The notes under the pieces: model-generated
Databases searched by the model: none
Told to the model about the DNA's origin: nothing
Seen by the model: the letters and a program-made list of their open reading frames with translations, nothing else
Made by a program: the position numbers and the translations under genes
NCBI RefSeq assembly: GCF_006345805.1
Contig: NC_043004.1
Location: forward strand, 23,870,001 to 23,934,000
Direction: 5' to 3'
Origin: Octopus sinensis
Taxonomy: Eukaryota
DNA length: 64,000 nt
Shown here: in pieces, positions 26,885 through 41,380 of the stretch
Layout: each line of letters begins with the position of its first letter
How positions within the stretch are numbered: position 1 is the stretch's first letter

Positions 26885-27075
26885 GCCCACCAGGCAAAAT
26901 GCTCTAAGTCTTTAGTCTTCACGCTCTAAGTTCAAATTCTACAGTGATCGACTGTGCTTTTCACCACTTCGGGGTTGATAAAATAAGTACTAATTGAACA
27001 CTCGTGTAATTGACTTAATGTTATTGACTCCAAAATTACTCCGAAAGTGCCGATTTTGTGCCACCATTTGAAACC
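26885..27075 (+). mobile_element. SINE family B, degenerate
   Basis: CAGGCAAAATGCT...CTCTAAGTTCAAATTCT...TTCGGGGTTGATAAAATAAGTAC...TTTGTGCCACCATTTGAAACCAATA. Confidence 0.65.
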
Positions 27076-27399
27076 AATAAATTAGAATAATAACTGCATT
27101 TCTAAACTGAGGAATAATTGAAGATAATAATAAAAAATTTTTCGTTGAACAGCGTACGTGAATTAACAGTCATGAACTCTCTCAAATTACAATTTATCAC
27201 ATTTAAAAAAAGTGGAATATGCTTGCTAATGTATGTCGTCAAGCAAGATTATCATTGCTAGAAAGCCTTTGATAATATTTCTGTTGTTTAGTGGTGACCT
27301 GGAGCTAAGCAGGTTGAAACTGCAGTAATGAATTGAAACCTCTACACCTTTGTTACTTATTTATACTTTCTCTCTCTCTCTCTCTCTTTATGTATATAT

Positions 27400-27462
<63 letters not shown>

Positions 27463-27807
27463 ATAATATATATATATAATGAATATATAGTTGAATGGTA
27501 TAATGAATAAACACTCCAATCGGTCAAAACAACTTTATGTCATTATCAATTATCAAATATCGAATATAAATATATATTAAAATTATAGGGCACCCAATGG
27601 TAAAACCCAATAGTATGAAATATACACATATAAACGAATATAAGATTTTGGAAAGTTTATTCATTATACCGTTCAATTTATTTCCCCTTTCGCCTCGGTG
27701 TCACCTGAGCACTTTTAGCTGCAGTCCTATTTTACTTTTGGTCGTCGGTTTAACGAAATTGCCTTTCGGTTTAATGAAATTATAAAATTATCCTCTGATA
27801 TATATGA

Positions 27808-27876
<69 letters not shown>

Positions 27877-27957
27877 ATATGTGTGTGTGTGTGTATATAC
27901 ATACACACACACGCACACACACACATATGCATACATATATAAATGTGTACATATAAC

Positions 27958-28025
<68 letters not shown>

Positions 28026-28399
28026 GATACCTGCATGCATACGTATATATAATACTAGCTTAAGCTGGTATATAGCTTTTAACCAACTGACCCTGAATGG
28101 GAATATCTGCAATCAGAGCTCTGATTTACTTCCGCCACAGTCACATCCCAATGATGATCTTATCCGTCGTAAAACAAATCATGTAAAAAATCGCCGAAAA
28201 CATTCACAGCAATGAAGAATTGAGAATCCAGAATTTCTGGATTGCGTCCGAATTCGGCCCGGAATGTTTTTAATTCACTCACGGAGTCAGCCTGATTAGA
28301 AAATGATATGACATGTTGCGCTACAGCTTCTAGGTGTAGAGTTAAAAAATGTGTGATACACTGACATTCATATTTATTATATTATATTATTATACTATA

Positions 28400-28590
28400 T
28401 TAAGGTTGCGAGCTGGCAGAAGCGTTAGCACGCCGGGCGAAATGCTTCGTGGTATTTCGCTTGCTGTTATGTTTTGAGGTTGAATTCCAACGAGGGTTTG
28501 ATAAAATTAGTACCAGTTACGTACTGGGGTCGATGTACTCGACTTAATCCCTTCCCTAGAATTTGAGGCCTTGTGCTTCCAGAAGACAGG
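28400..28590 (+). mobile_element. SINE family B
   Basis: AAGGTTGCGAGCTGGCAGAAGCGTTAGCACGCCGGGCGAAATGC...GGGGTCGATGTACTCGACTTAATCCCTTCCCTAGAATTTGAGGCCTTGTGC. Confidence 0.85.
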
Positions 28591-28689
28591 ATTTATTAAA
28601 GTTGAAAAAGTGTGATACACTGACATATACAATTATTATATCAAATATGTTCAATTTTGGGGAATCTTTATTTCAATTAAATTGTATTT

Positions 28690-28755
<66 letters not shown>

Positions 28756-29024
28756 TATATGTGTGTGTGTGTTTAAATATGTATTAAAAGAAAACAAAAA
28801 TGATAGTGTTCCGTATGTTGGCGACCAGAATTTCTGTCGAAGGGAATGTTTAAACAAATTTGTGCATTATCTCCCCCTTTGTCTCACACAACCACTCTTT
28901 CTCACTCTTTTATTATTACTCCCACTGCCACCATCAACACTACTACGTTTAATATAACATCAACTAAATTTCTTTTTCTTTCTTTCCCTCCTCTTTCTCT
29001 CTCTCGAATGTGTTGTAAGCCAGG

Positions 29025-29617
29025 GCTGATCACTTCAGGCCAGAGACAAAGAAATATTGCAATAGCAATCCACACAGTGGAAACACACCTCTTCACCTGC
29101 TCCAGACACGGTCAAGGTTGTTTCATCGGCAGGGAAGTTGATAACTTCAGATTTTAGGGATGCAAGAATTATTATATTTACTGACAATCTTCTAAAGGGC
29201 TACGTCATCTTTTGAGAGCACTATGCCAAATTGCCCGGGTAAACGGATGAAAGGGGTCTTGTTTCATCAGGACAACACTCCAACCCACAGGGCGTGGATT
29301 TCAAAGGCTGCTGTGCGGGACTGTGAGTTTGAACTTGCTGATCACCCTCCTCATTCCCTTGAATTGGACCCATTTGACTATCACCTGTTCTCCAACATGA
29401 ACGAAAAAATATTTGGTTGGGAGCTAGTATTGCAGTGATAATGGCGTCATATTTGCTGTCGACTTTTTGAACAACAGGATGGAAGCTTCTTCACCAATGG
29501 GCTCCAAGCACTGCAACACCAATTGAAAAAGTGTGTGCACCTCAAGGGAGAATATATTTAAAATGAAATTGTATTATAGTATCTTGTTCAGCCAATTAAT
29601 TTTTCAGCCGACCCTCG
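29025..29617 (+). pseudogene. Mariner transposase 3' part with right terminal inverted repeat, decayed
   Basis: Frames give PETK..., KVVSSAGK, LFHQDNTPTH and ELADHPPHSLELDPFDYHLFSNM (D,D34D motifs HQDN and SPDLAP.D). The end TTTTCAGCCGACCCTCG is the reverse of a CGAGGG-type mariner terminus. Confidence 0.88.
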
Positions 29618-31489
29618 TGTGTGTGTATATACAAATCAGAAATTATGAAAATGCATCCACCTTTTGGCATTAAGTTGTCAAAAATTACAATACAAACCTA
29701 CATTTGTTAGTCTAGATAGTGATGGCTACTTTTCATGAACTGATACCGATATACAGCAGTGTATATACAGAAAGTATATACACTTTATTTTATGATCAAT
29801 GTACAGTTATTCAAATTTTTAGTGCTGCAGATTTTGAAGTCTTTTATAGAGTTATTTTATGAAATCCTTTTGATGATTTTCTTAATGAAATCTTTCAGAG
29901 GCTTCTCATTTTATTTAATTCCTTAATGAATTTTATTTAATTCCTTAATAAAAACACGGTAATAAAACTTATTCCATCTCCATACAATTTATATTATTTT
30001 GTAATCTTGCGATTGAAGCAGAAATAGAGAAAACTCCGCGATAACTTATTTAATTCAGTGAAATGAAGCCCGAGATCAAATCCGCCCCACTCCCAAGAAA
30101 CCTAGAATGTTTACTCATATGAAATCAATAAAACAATAACCAATTATTTATTGGAGATAATTAGATTTTTAGTATTCCATCTCCGTCGAAATGTTTTGGG
30201 TGCGATGAAAAGAAAAACTAATATTAAAAATTAATAAATATTATTAATATCAACGGTTAAAATTGTGATGTCTCCAAGTATATTGAAATATTCATAGTTT
30301 GATTTCTTATACCCAAGTGTTTTCCCATAAGATATCTTTTATGAATATTTATGGGAAATATTTCAATAACATTTCCCGCATTATTATATCGAAGAACAAT
30401 TGTGCAAACATAATGTTTAAACTAACATTATTTCAAATCTGTTGTAGAACTTACTAGAAAAAACATCAATATGTTTAAACGTTAATATAACCAAGAAATA
30501 TTTTTCTCATCGCATCCTCTATCAACAACTTAGATTCATTTCGAACTCAGATATAATCAAAGAAGTTTGCGGAATATACATACAAAGTTCACAGATATAT
30601 ACTCAATTCGTCACATTGTTTGATTTAGAATGACAAAGCATGTGCGACACCTATATACTTTCATTGACCTCCCCTATTGGTAACTTCAATGTTTAATTTC
30701 AACATGTGGAAACTGACATATGAAATTTAAAACAGATAGTAGGGATTCCAATAGGGTATATTTCTAAGGGAATGGATACGGAAATGTTTTGTACTTTGTT
30801 GGTTTGTAGAAACAAAATGAAGTTGACCAAATAAGATTGAACCGGTTCAAATGAAAGTGGTACACAGCATCTTAGATTAGAATAGTTTGAAAGGCTAAGG
30901 GTGGCGTTTCTAAGTCAGTGGCTGTAGTGTATCGTTCCGTGAGTCTTTCCCTATGAGTACCATACCTAGTTTTGGGTGTGCTGTAGTGAAATTTTTTGCA
31001 GATAGTCAGGAAGGCATAACTAGTTTCTGAATCTTAGGATAGAACGTAAGATTTACGATGTTATTTGTGTGGTCACTAGTATGGACCACCAGGATTTGCT
31101 CAATCGTTAAAATGCCGGAAAAAATATTTGCGATATTTGTTGCGAATATTCATGTTCTGTGTTCAAATCCTACTGTAATTAAACTTGCCTTTCGTGATTC
31201 CAGTGATGGACAAAACAATGTCCCACTCAAGTATAAGAGAGAATAACCGTATTTTCCTTCCCCCAGAAAAGTTAAACAATGAGAGAATCGATTTCGATTC
31301 CTACATGAATCCAATGCTCAAGCATCTCCAATACATTTAAAAATAATATGAATATATGTATATTATATACATACATACATGCACACACAAACTCACACAC
31401 ACACACACACACACACACGCACAAACACATATAGATATAAGTTTAGTATATACATATATACGTATATATTTATACACAATATACGTAAT

Positions 31490-31694
31490 CTTCTACTTGG
31501 TTAAGTCATTGTACTAGAGCCTCGAAGAATATTAGTCAAACGAATCCACCCGAGTACTTATTCGTTAAAGCCTAGTTCTTTTTCTATTGACCCCTTAAAT
31601 TACGGGTATGTAAATTCACTAAAACCTGTTGTCAAGTGATGTTGGGGGGCGACAAACACAGACACAGACACATACATGCACACACACACACATG

Positions 31695-31789
<95 letters not shown>

Positions 31790-31912
31790 CGGCACGCTTC
31801 TTTTGATTTCTGTCAACCAAGTCCACTCACAAGGCACTTGCCGAAGCTACACGCAATGGGACTGAACTCTGAACAATGTGGTTAAGAAGCAAACTGCTTA
31901 CCATGCAGGCAA
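31490..31912 (-). mobile_element. SINE family A with internal (CA)n(TA)n
   Basis: Reverse head at about 31850-31905 (GGGACTGAACTCTGAACAATGTGGTTAAGAAGCAAACTGCTTACCA) and reverse tail at about 31490-31660. Confidence 0.75.
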
Positions 31913-32462
31913 GTCTGATACAGATATCTTCAGTGTATAATATATACATTTCTTCCATTATCCATCTAAACTGTTCGACAGAGTAATTTAATAAACACTT
32001 AAGAGTATTGGTTGTTAAAATAAGACATATATTATTATGTCCTAGGATATAGAATCCACTGAGATAAATATTTGGAAATATTCCATATAGTAGATGTGGA
32101 CGAAAATATCACAGCAATATATAATGGCTTCAGACAGATATTTTGTTCCTCTTATTTCTTATAATTTTGAGAATCTGAGGAATAAGCACTATAGTAGATT
32201 TCTATGTCACTAAAATTTCAAGCCTTGAAACTGTTGCACTTGCCAAACAGGAATATATGTGGTATTATTTTATTTTACTTTATTTGATAGAAACCATTCC
32301 ATTACGATATTATAGTCAATATATAATTTTATGAATTGCTGACATACTTATTTTCAGATCAAATTCATTGACTTTGAGAGTGAAAAGTTTGGTAACATTT
32401 CCCTCCTGATAACATTGAAATAAATAGGTTGTGAACGCTTATATTAATATAGCATCGATACT

Positions 32463-32665
32463 AAGGTGGCGAGCATGAAGAATCGTTAGTGCACCGGGAA
32501 AAATGCTTAGTGACATTTCAGCTGTCTTTACGTTCTGAGTTCAAATTCCGCCTTTCATCCTTTCGGGGCCAATAAAATAAGAACCAGTTGAATACTGAGT
32601 AGATGTAATCGACTTAACCCCTCCCTCGAAATTGCGGGCCTTGTGCCAAAAATGTGAAATCAATA
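32463..32665 (+). mobile_element. SINE family B
   Basis: AAGGTGGCGAGCATGAAGAATCGTTAGTGCACCGGG...TTCTGAGTTCAAATTCCGCC...CGACTTAACCCCTCCCTCGAAATTGCGGGCCTTGTGCC. Confidence 0.85.
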
Positions 32666-33139
32666 TAGTACCAATGCTATAGTCATATCTGGGTGGGTAG
32701 ATTCGCTAGTGTGTTGGGCATAGTACGTTGCAGTTCTGAGTTCAGTTTGTGACTTTCAATTTTTCATTTATTCCGATAAAGTACTAGTTAAATGCTATCA
32801 TTGGCCGTCTAAGCAAATATGTAGAAGTTCTTTAGTTGTCTCGCGATCTCTTTCATTTTTTTGATGAAATGTCTATGATCTCTGCGAAGCATTTTATTTT
32901 ATGTTAAAACTGATGATTTTTCAGATTCATAAGATAAACTTTTTACACCAACTAAATCAACTCCTGTTATTCCTACCGTGTCTGCCTGCAAGAATTAACA
33001 GCGAAATGACTATTACATTATTGTCTTAAAAATTGAAGTCACGTTGCGCTGAAGTCTACGAAAAAATATAAATAAAGTGAAATATTGGATAAATTTATTT
33101 TATCAAAAACAAATCTAGAACCAAGAAAATAAATTATTT

Positions 33140-34800
33140 TGCAACTTCTGTTTATTAATCACCGCGACATTTGAACTTGGATTCTTGTTAAATGTTAAGT
33201 AGATTTTAAAAACTTTTATTGCATAAAACACTCTATTGTCTTAAGACATAAAGCTTAACATAGATTAGCATAAGATATTACTATAGTTAAAATTACAAGG
33301 AGATTTATCATATAAATAAATTATTCATTATGAATTAAAATAGTTCTTAGATTTTCAGACCCCAGATTTCCTCAATTTCTGCTGCAATTTTGAATAGCCA
33401 AATATATAAATGATTTTCACATTTATACCTTTACTACGGTGTCTATTGAAACAATATATGAAACTAAATTTCTTTATTAATTCCAATGGAATGAAGAAGA
33501 ACATCTCATTTTCATTGGATCAGGTAACTTCCATTTGATTTAATGCGAAAGTATCTGGTTGGAGAGGTTGAAAGTGCTTTCTTAATTTTTATTAAATCTC
33601 ATGGAAAAGAAAAAAGATGGGAACACAGAAATATTCGCAAATTGAAACTTCCATTTGATTTAAGGACCAATTTAACTCGTGCTCAAAAAAGCTAAAGTAG
33701 AGAACCGAGTTACAAACTTAGTTTTACTTGAATGCATGAACGCTGTGGTCAGACTCCATGTTAACCAGTCAGCCATTATTTGCCCGTTAAAGAGATATGG
33801 CTGAATTGTCCAGTATTCCAAGAAGGAAAGTTCATTTACTGCAGATGAATGAATTATCATAGTGGTCATCATGGAAGCTAGAAAAGCTATTATTTTGAGA
33901 GTATTCTTAAGAAAATTTTTCTTTGGTTACTTTTACTAATTATTCCTAAAGTTCTTGCACTCCAAAACGAACCACCTTTCGGATAAAACCAAATATTTTG
34001 ATTTCACTATCTACTAAAGACATATGTGCATTTTATATTTATGTATTTAATGCATTTAGTGAAGGTCTTGCCGTAAATGTATATCATGAACAGAAGATCT
34101 TCACAATCTCTTCCCAAATCCAATAGAACGGCAGGCAACAGAGTAAATGCTTCTTGACAGTTGTCCTTTAATAATTATATTTTCTGGTTATGGAGAAACA
34201 ATTTTACACAGCCTAAACTTATGTCATCAAAGAATTCGTCGAATAATTTTCAATGGATTTTATCATAAGTACCACTTACACTATCTTCATTAAATTACCC
34301 GATTGTATAATAAGTCTTCAACTAGTCAAATTTTCACAGGAAATGATACAGGAAATACACAGTATTATCAGGTTTTAGAAGCTTCTGTTCTTTGTTGCCT
34401 CATCATTATCGATACACCTCTTGCTGTGCTGGATACGGCGTGACTTATAGGAATAAAATTGTCCGTCAGTTGCTGTTATATGTCTCTTGCACCGTGGTGA
34501 TAAGGTTTTTCAAAACTAAAAAATAACATCGCTTCCGTGAATTTTGAGTTGTGTTGGAAGAGTTATCCTGTCAAAGACTGTTGTTTGATTGATGATTCGA
34601 TAAAATTGACATGCTATAATATCTGTCACTAATCTTAACATCATTTATATCTTCATCAATATGACGGGAAACATTGCATTTTGTGAGGGGATAAAATTTA
34701 ATGAGTTCCATGTTAGCCTTTTCTTGTTTTGCATTATCTTGAGATATATTTCTATGGATGACATCAAAAATTATTCACTATTGGTCCATCAGTGAACGGC
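33140..34800 (-). pseudogene. Heavily decayed hAT (Buster/ZBED5-like) transposase
   Basis: Minus-strand remnants PLTKCNVSRHIDEDINDVK (cf. PLSNNTVSRRIDEMA.DV) near 34650-34710, LGRDCEDLLF near 34090-34120 and VHAFK near 33730; many stops. Matches are short and judged by eye. Confidence 0.5.
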
Positions 34801-35959
34801 CAAAAAAAAAGTCATCGTTCCTATCTAATCTGGAATTCATGGTTATTAGTACTTGTCTGGGAATTTGACATTTCAATAAGCTACATCTGTTTGGCCTTCA
34901 GACTCCATGGACTATACACTAGTTACAAAATAAAATCCCCATCTAGTTACAAAATAAAATGTCGAGAAAATAGATATTTTACCCCATTCTTCAATGCTCC
35001 AAATACTGTAATATAGAACACAATATTTTCCATGATACATATCTGATGAAATAACTATAAAGCACATGTTTAAATTAGTTGATTTAATAATCGGTATATC
35101 TTCTTTAGAAATACGGGTATCAAGTAAACGAATAACGAGCAATATATAGTTATATATAAATGTGTGTATACGTGCGTGTGTTGTGTGAATATGTATGAGT
35201 ATTTCTGCGTATAAATAAAGCTATATAAACGTATCATGGATAATTTCAAAACTTATCGTTTATTTTTCTTCTCATCCGAAATCTGGAATTGATGATAGCC
35301 ATTTCATAAACATGCGTGACAGCATAACACTACCCTATCAAACTCTGTATTCATAATTTACTTCTGCCTCGTTGCCGCTATTACCATTAAAATCTGAAAA
35401 AATAACACATCTACATAACCTACCTTCAAGCAATGGCTGTGCGTGAAGCTGCCACTCAGTTCATTATTGTCGATGATTTCTATGTGCAAATGTTCAGTTA
35501 TCTGACACAAAAATTTGCAAACACTGAGACAAAGGCCACAATCTCCATGTGAGAAAAGTGTCTTAGCTTTGGTTCTAGTCCTAAGAATTGATTTATTCTT
35601 GCAGAATTAATGTCAAATTTTTACAATTTTCTACATTCCGCTTCAATGAGCACTCAAGATTTATTTTAAAAGGGTGCACACGCGTACACACACACACACG
35701 TGTGTGTGTGTGTGAGTTTGGCTGTAACTGTGTATTGCATTAAAACAAACGTGATTCTGTACTGATTGGCAATACGAGTTTTAAACATTGCAATTTTAGA
35801 TACAAGAGTGGGAATATCATTGATGATGACCCCACATTTCTGTTTCTCTCTGTCTCTCCCTCTCTCTCTCCTCCTCTCTCTTCCTCTCTCCTTCTCTCTC
35901 CCTCCTCTCTCTCTCTCTATATATATATATACATATACATGTGTGTGTGTATGTGTATG

Positions 35960-36165
35960 CATATGTTTCTGTATCAGTTTGTTCCCCCAACAACGGTTGA
36001 CAACCTATGGTGGTGTGCTTACGCCCCCCTAACTTAGCGGTTCGGCAAAAGAGACCGATAGAATAAGTACTAGGCTTCCAAAGAATAAGCCCTGTGGTCG
36101 ATTTGCTCGACTAAAGGCGGTGCTCCAGCATGGCCGCTGCCAAATGACTGAAACAAGTAAAAGAG
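35960..36165 (+). mobile_element. SINE family A, 3' half, well conserved
   Basis: AACTTAGCGGTTCGGCAAAAGAGACCGATAGAATAAGTACTAGGCTTCCAAAGAATAAGCCCTGTGGTCGATTTGCTCGACTAAAGGCGGTGCTCCAGCATGGCC. Confidence 0.85.
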
Positions 36166-38223
36166 TATATATATATTAAGACAGGCTCCTTTCAGTTTCT
36201 CTCTGCCAAATCCACACAAAACTCTGGTCGAATTGGAGCTATAGTAGAAAACGCTTGTCCAAGTTGCCACATAGTGTTTGAGAGTCGAGCTTTTTACCCT
36301 ATAGCCACGTCCGCGTCTATATATGCATACATACCTACATACATGTATATGAGTATAGATAGGTAGATAGATAGATAGATAGAGAGATAGAGAGAGAGAC
36401 AGACAGACAGAGAGACAGACGGATAGACAGATACACACATTGGGAGACAGAGAGAAAGAGAAAATAGACTGAGATAATGAGTTTTGTACATCTATTTCAG
36501 GTTTACATGTATTTCCGATAAATATTGGAAAGGTCAAGTTCCATAGTTCAATGAAATTAATCAAAATCGATTCCCAGTGTCGATCAACTGAAAATATGGA
36601 GAACAGTCCCACACATTCATCATCTTCAGATCCACAATAAACTGGCTGCCAAGTGAAAGGAAATTGACTAAAATGGCTATTTTGAGTAAGTATTTGATCA
36701 GTCCTGCACAGGCTTCAAGGAAGGAGAACTGTGATAACTGTAAGTAGCAAAGAATTGTAAATCAGACCATGAAAGGAACTGAAATCTGATACTTTCCTCT
36801 ATTATTAAAGGTTCTTGCAGACAGCAAGGGACACTGCATTGAAAATCACAAGATATTGAATAGAGAGGAAGGAGTTATATGTTGTGACAAAAAAAAAAGA
36901 CGGATTGAAAATTTGCTGAATTATCTAAACAGAACGAACAGTTCGTTGTGTGCCTCATATTAAGTTAGACAACTTCCAGCAAATAATAGAGATAACAATA
37001 CTAATGAACGAAATTCATAAAGATACCATCGTATAATATAGTAATAGAAGCAAAGTTAAAAAGACAATGCCTAAAATGGGCAGAGATTAATGCAATAAAC
37101 AGATTAATGAGATAAATTAAGGAATTTTATATTGAAGAACGTTTTGTAAATACACATAGAAACGAAGAGTAGATGGAAATTAATTATCAAGATATTCTAC
37201 TTCTCTATCTTCAAAGGAATGATTTATAAGTTTTGTTAAATAAAAGATTAGATAGTGACATAAGTTTGTTCCCTTGTTTCCTTGTCTTTCCTACATGATA
37301 AGGTAGAGCAGAGCTGAACATAGACCATTCATATCAAATTTCAGGTTAATATCTTTTAGATTTCAAATAAACTTATTAATGGTAGTCAAGCTTTCTTTGT
37401 CTCTATGTCTAAGGGAAGAGTTATGGATATATGATTGCGATTTAAAACCGGTTGCGCAACCACCTATCTAATAGTGAATAAGTTCAGCTGCTACAAACTA
37501 GAATGTTAGTAAGGTATTGGTTATCTAACATTTTTCAGAGTATATACAATTACATACTAGCTCAAATTTATTATTAAAGGGTTTGCTAGCGTATTTTAGA
37601 ACTATTACAATTCTTGATTGCTGAACAAATAGTTCTATTCGCGAAGTGAGTCATCCCAGACTGATTGGGCATTGCTCTCGGTATCTCATTATTATTACTT
37701 GTATGTTACCGTTTTGATGGACATTATCAAGCTATTGCCATATTTTCTAATATTAAGGAAAATTATTCCTACACCACCTCACATAACTTTTACTATAGTT
37801 GCTAGGTTCAACATCAATATTATCATTGCTTTCATTAATACAACTATTCGTATCAATGTCAATATATCTGACGCAGGTATGCTCGACCTTCTCACATACA
37901 TTTATTTGAAAACTAAAAGATAGCAACATGGAATATGATATAAATGTTTGTAAATGCTTTACGCATGTGGGTAAGGCATATATGAACTACTAAAATTTCA
38001 TTCTGGTTGACTAGATTCAACTGAATATCTATAAAAACCTATATGTCTCTTGGGGGATTGAAACGGCAGAAAATGGAGCCAATTCTGCAATGAGATATTG
38101 TTGTTGTGTTTGTGTTCAGCTCTTCACACATGTTTCAGGCCTCAAGGTCATTTAAGATAACGCTAGGAAACAGAAGTTATAGGAACAGAAGAGGTCAAGC
38201 TCTGCAGCGTTCACACATCCACC

Positions 38224-38520
<297 letters not shown>

Positions 38521-39809
38521 GGTATATAGACATGTATGCATACATACACATACATATATATTTATTTATATATATATATGTGCGTGTGTATATATGTATG
38601 TGTATATATATGCATATATATAAATACATCTATGTATATATATATTTATTAGATATATAGAGACATATAAATACATACATACATACATACATACATACAT
38701 ACATACATACATACACATGAAAGAAAAACGACGTAGCTTGCTTGGAATATTGTAGTACAGATGTAGGATTATAAATGGAAATGAAGAAAGCCTCAAACAA
38801 TTCAGAGATAAATTTTTTTAAACATTTACATATTTTGGGCTCAAAAGCCCATCTTCAGAAGTGTACATTCAAAGAAATGTGTGCCTCCATATATCTTACC
38901 AGTAGCTGCAGCTGTTATCACAAACAGCGGAATAAAACGGAGTCAATACAAATGTTGTTGACATTACTGCTGTGTCCTTGCTGACCCTGGCTCCGTTGCT
39001 GTTAAAGGTGCTGGTGTGTCTGTTGCAATTGCTGTGGTTGATGTTAATACTGCTGCTTTTGTTGTTTTTCACCACAGATACGTCAGCAGCCACAGTGACC
39101 GAGGACATCAGGAACAATATTATCCTCAACACCTTTCCACATAGTTGCTGATGTTGTTTACATCAAAATCACCTCAAAATCAGAGCATTCCAGACTTTCA
39201 AATCAGGCGTTAAGATGTGATTTCAGAGTGTGTTTACCGATATTTCTAGCCTATCGGGTAAAGAGCTAGAACCTCTATTTTGATAGAGTAAACTTTTTGA
39301 TAGTGTTTCGATTCAGTTTTATATCCAGCTAGATTACACATGTGATATCAATTTTTTTTCGATTTTTCTTTTCTTACACCCAACAGCCATCTGCTACTTC
39401 CTCTCAATCTTTGTGTATTTGCCCATTCATCAATCAATCAACCAATCTATCTATCTATCTGTCAATCATTTAAACTATCTGTCGTCAATCTGTCTATATA
39501 TCCCTCCCTCCATCCCAGTATCTAAATACATACATATTGAAACACAGAAGCACACACGTACGAGCATATACACACGAGCACATACGCACGTATATGCATA
39601 CACACATATGCAAATGCACTCACAAAAAGACAGGCATCCACATCATAAGAGAAAAGGTAATCAGTAGATAATACTGTACCAATATTGCCATATTGAGATC
39701 TGTAACATAACACGCACGCGCGTGCAACAAGAACAGCTGCAGTAACACACGCACACACGTACGCACGCGCATACACACATACACAGATGTATGTATTGAA
39801 ACAATTAAA

Positions 39810-41380
39810 AAAAGAAACATATACTATAAAAATAATGTGTTTTAATTCAATAAAGTACAATAAATAGTAAATAGTAGTAAAAAGACTACGTATGTTTCAT
39901 GGTTATATTTTCAAATAGATGATAATAATAAAATCAATTCGATTCAAAATTATATCGAGCTAAAATTAATTCTACTTAAAAATATAGTCACTCATCAGGT
40001 CTAAGATAATAAATGATAAAAAATAATAATAGAATAAATGTACTTATCTTAACTTATACTAATTATCAAATAAATATATTTAAAAAGATACATGTATTAA
40101 TTATAAATAATCGAAAAGAATTTAACAATATTTCTTAAAATACAAATATAACTTATCTTTTCGAAGGATTTTCGTTAACTACCAATTTAAACGTAAAATG
40201 TCGAACTTAGCGTTTATAAGAAATATAAGAAATATATCGCGTGAAAATATGGCGTAATTGAATTTATAGAGGAAATAGATAGAAATATGTATTTACGCTA
40301 TTAAAATTACAAAAGTATTTTAGCTGTAAGTAAAAGAAAAAAAAACTTTAATATACTATTAACTGGAAAATTGTAAAGTCTAAATAAAATAAATACTAAA
40401 TACGTGAAATACATAACTTAATAAACATAAATTACGCTAAAATTATATAATTTAATCTATTTTCATTGATAAATATATTTTATAAACACCAAATTTTCAG
40501 CTTATTCTAATTGTGTAATATAGACCATATAATATCGTCCTAATTTATACACATTTTACTACTACAAATTATAACTACTACAATTACTAACATAAAACAG
40601 GGTTTATATATACACACAAATAAGCTAAACTTATTATATAAGTAATTCAATTTATGTCTACATTTAACGTTTAGTTCGTCGAGGTCATTGAACACATTTT
40701 TATTATTACTTAATATCTCCTTAAATTCGTTACTACATAATAAGCAAAAATTACTACCTATTCGATATGATTTTACTCTACAAACTATTTCCCAATTTAT
40801 ATTGTACTTAATATTTTTAGATTTTAGTTCCCTTATATATTCTCTAAGGCCAGTAGAATTAATTAAATTTCTATTCTTAAAAGAATTCATATGTTGAGAC
40901 ACCCGTAATTTAATTTTATTAGAACTCAAACCTGTGTGAATTGCATTTAAATTATAACCATTCCTATTATTATCATCAACCAAAGTCACTACACGTTTAT
41001 ATACTACATCATCGACATTACATTTATAATTAAAATTACATGTAGTTTTATCTCTACACGTACAATTAATTATATTATTATTATTATTGGAATAATTATT
41101 TGATTTGTTTTTGTAAAACATATTAAGCTTAAATTTATTAAAAGAAGAAATAATGTTACCTATATTATTAGTAGCAGAATAACCAACTCGAAAAATATTA
41201 CTAGAAAATGTTATGTTTTTTATTATTTCTAATGAATACTTCAATTATAGTTAAAATCTCTTTAATAACGTTTGTTTTAACTTCAGCACCATAAGGACAA
41301 TTAATAATGTTTACTACTACTTATTATTTATTGTACTTTATTGACTTCAAATCATGATTTTTTATAATATATGTTTTCTA
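39810..41380 (-). mobile_element. Penelope-like element fragment: RT thumb end plus GIY-YIG endonuclease (ORF 40540-41244), pLTR and inverted terminal segment
   Basis: The ORF has RVGYSATNNIGNIISSFN, CTCRDKTTC...CNVDDVVYK, TGLSSNKIKLRVSQHMNSF...STGLREYIRELK...INWEIV...FCLLCSNE...KCRH, the standard PLE C-terminus. The reverse complement of 39812-39880 matches 41311-41380. Confidence 0.88.
39883..40002 (-). ncRNA. Type I hammerhead ribozyme motif in the Penelope pLTR, partly decayed
   Basis: AGAC-CTGATGA-GTGACTATATTT...(long loop)...AAATATAACCAT-GAAA-C ATAC GTA-GTCT. The core is intact; stem I has 4 bp and stem II has 10 of 12 positions paired. Confidence 0.6.

Noticed and set aside
30445-30500. 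FKHIDVFSS on the minus strand, similar to FNIDLFSS
   Set aside because: There is a stop just upstream, no good acceptor, and the donor would be phase 1 rather than the required phase 2.
34920-34960. 22-bp tandem duplication CTAGTTACAAAATAAAAT x2
   Set aside because: Ordinary slippage duplication with no further structure.
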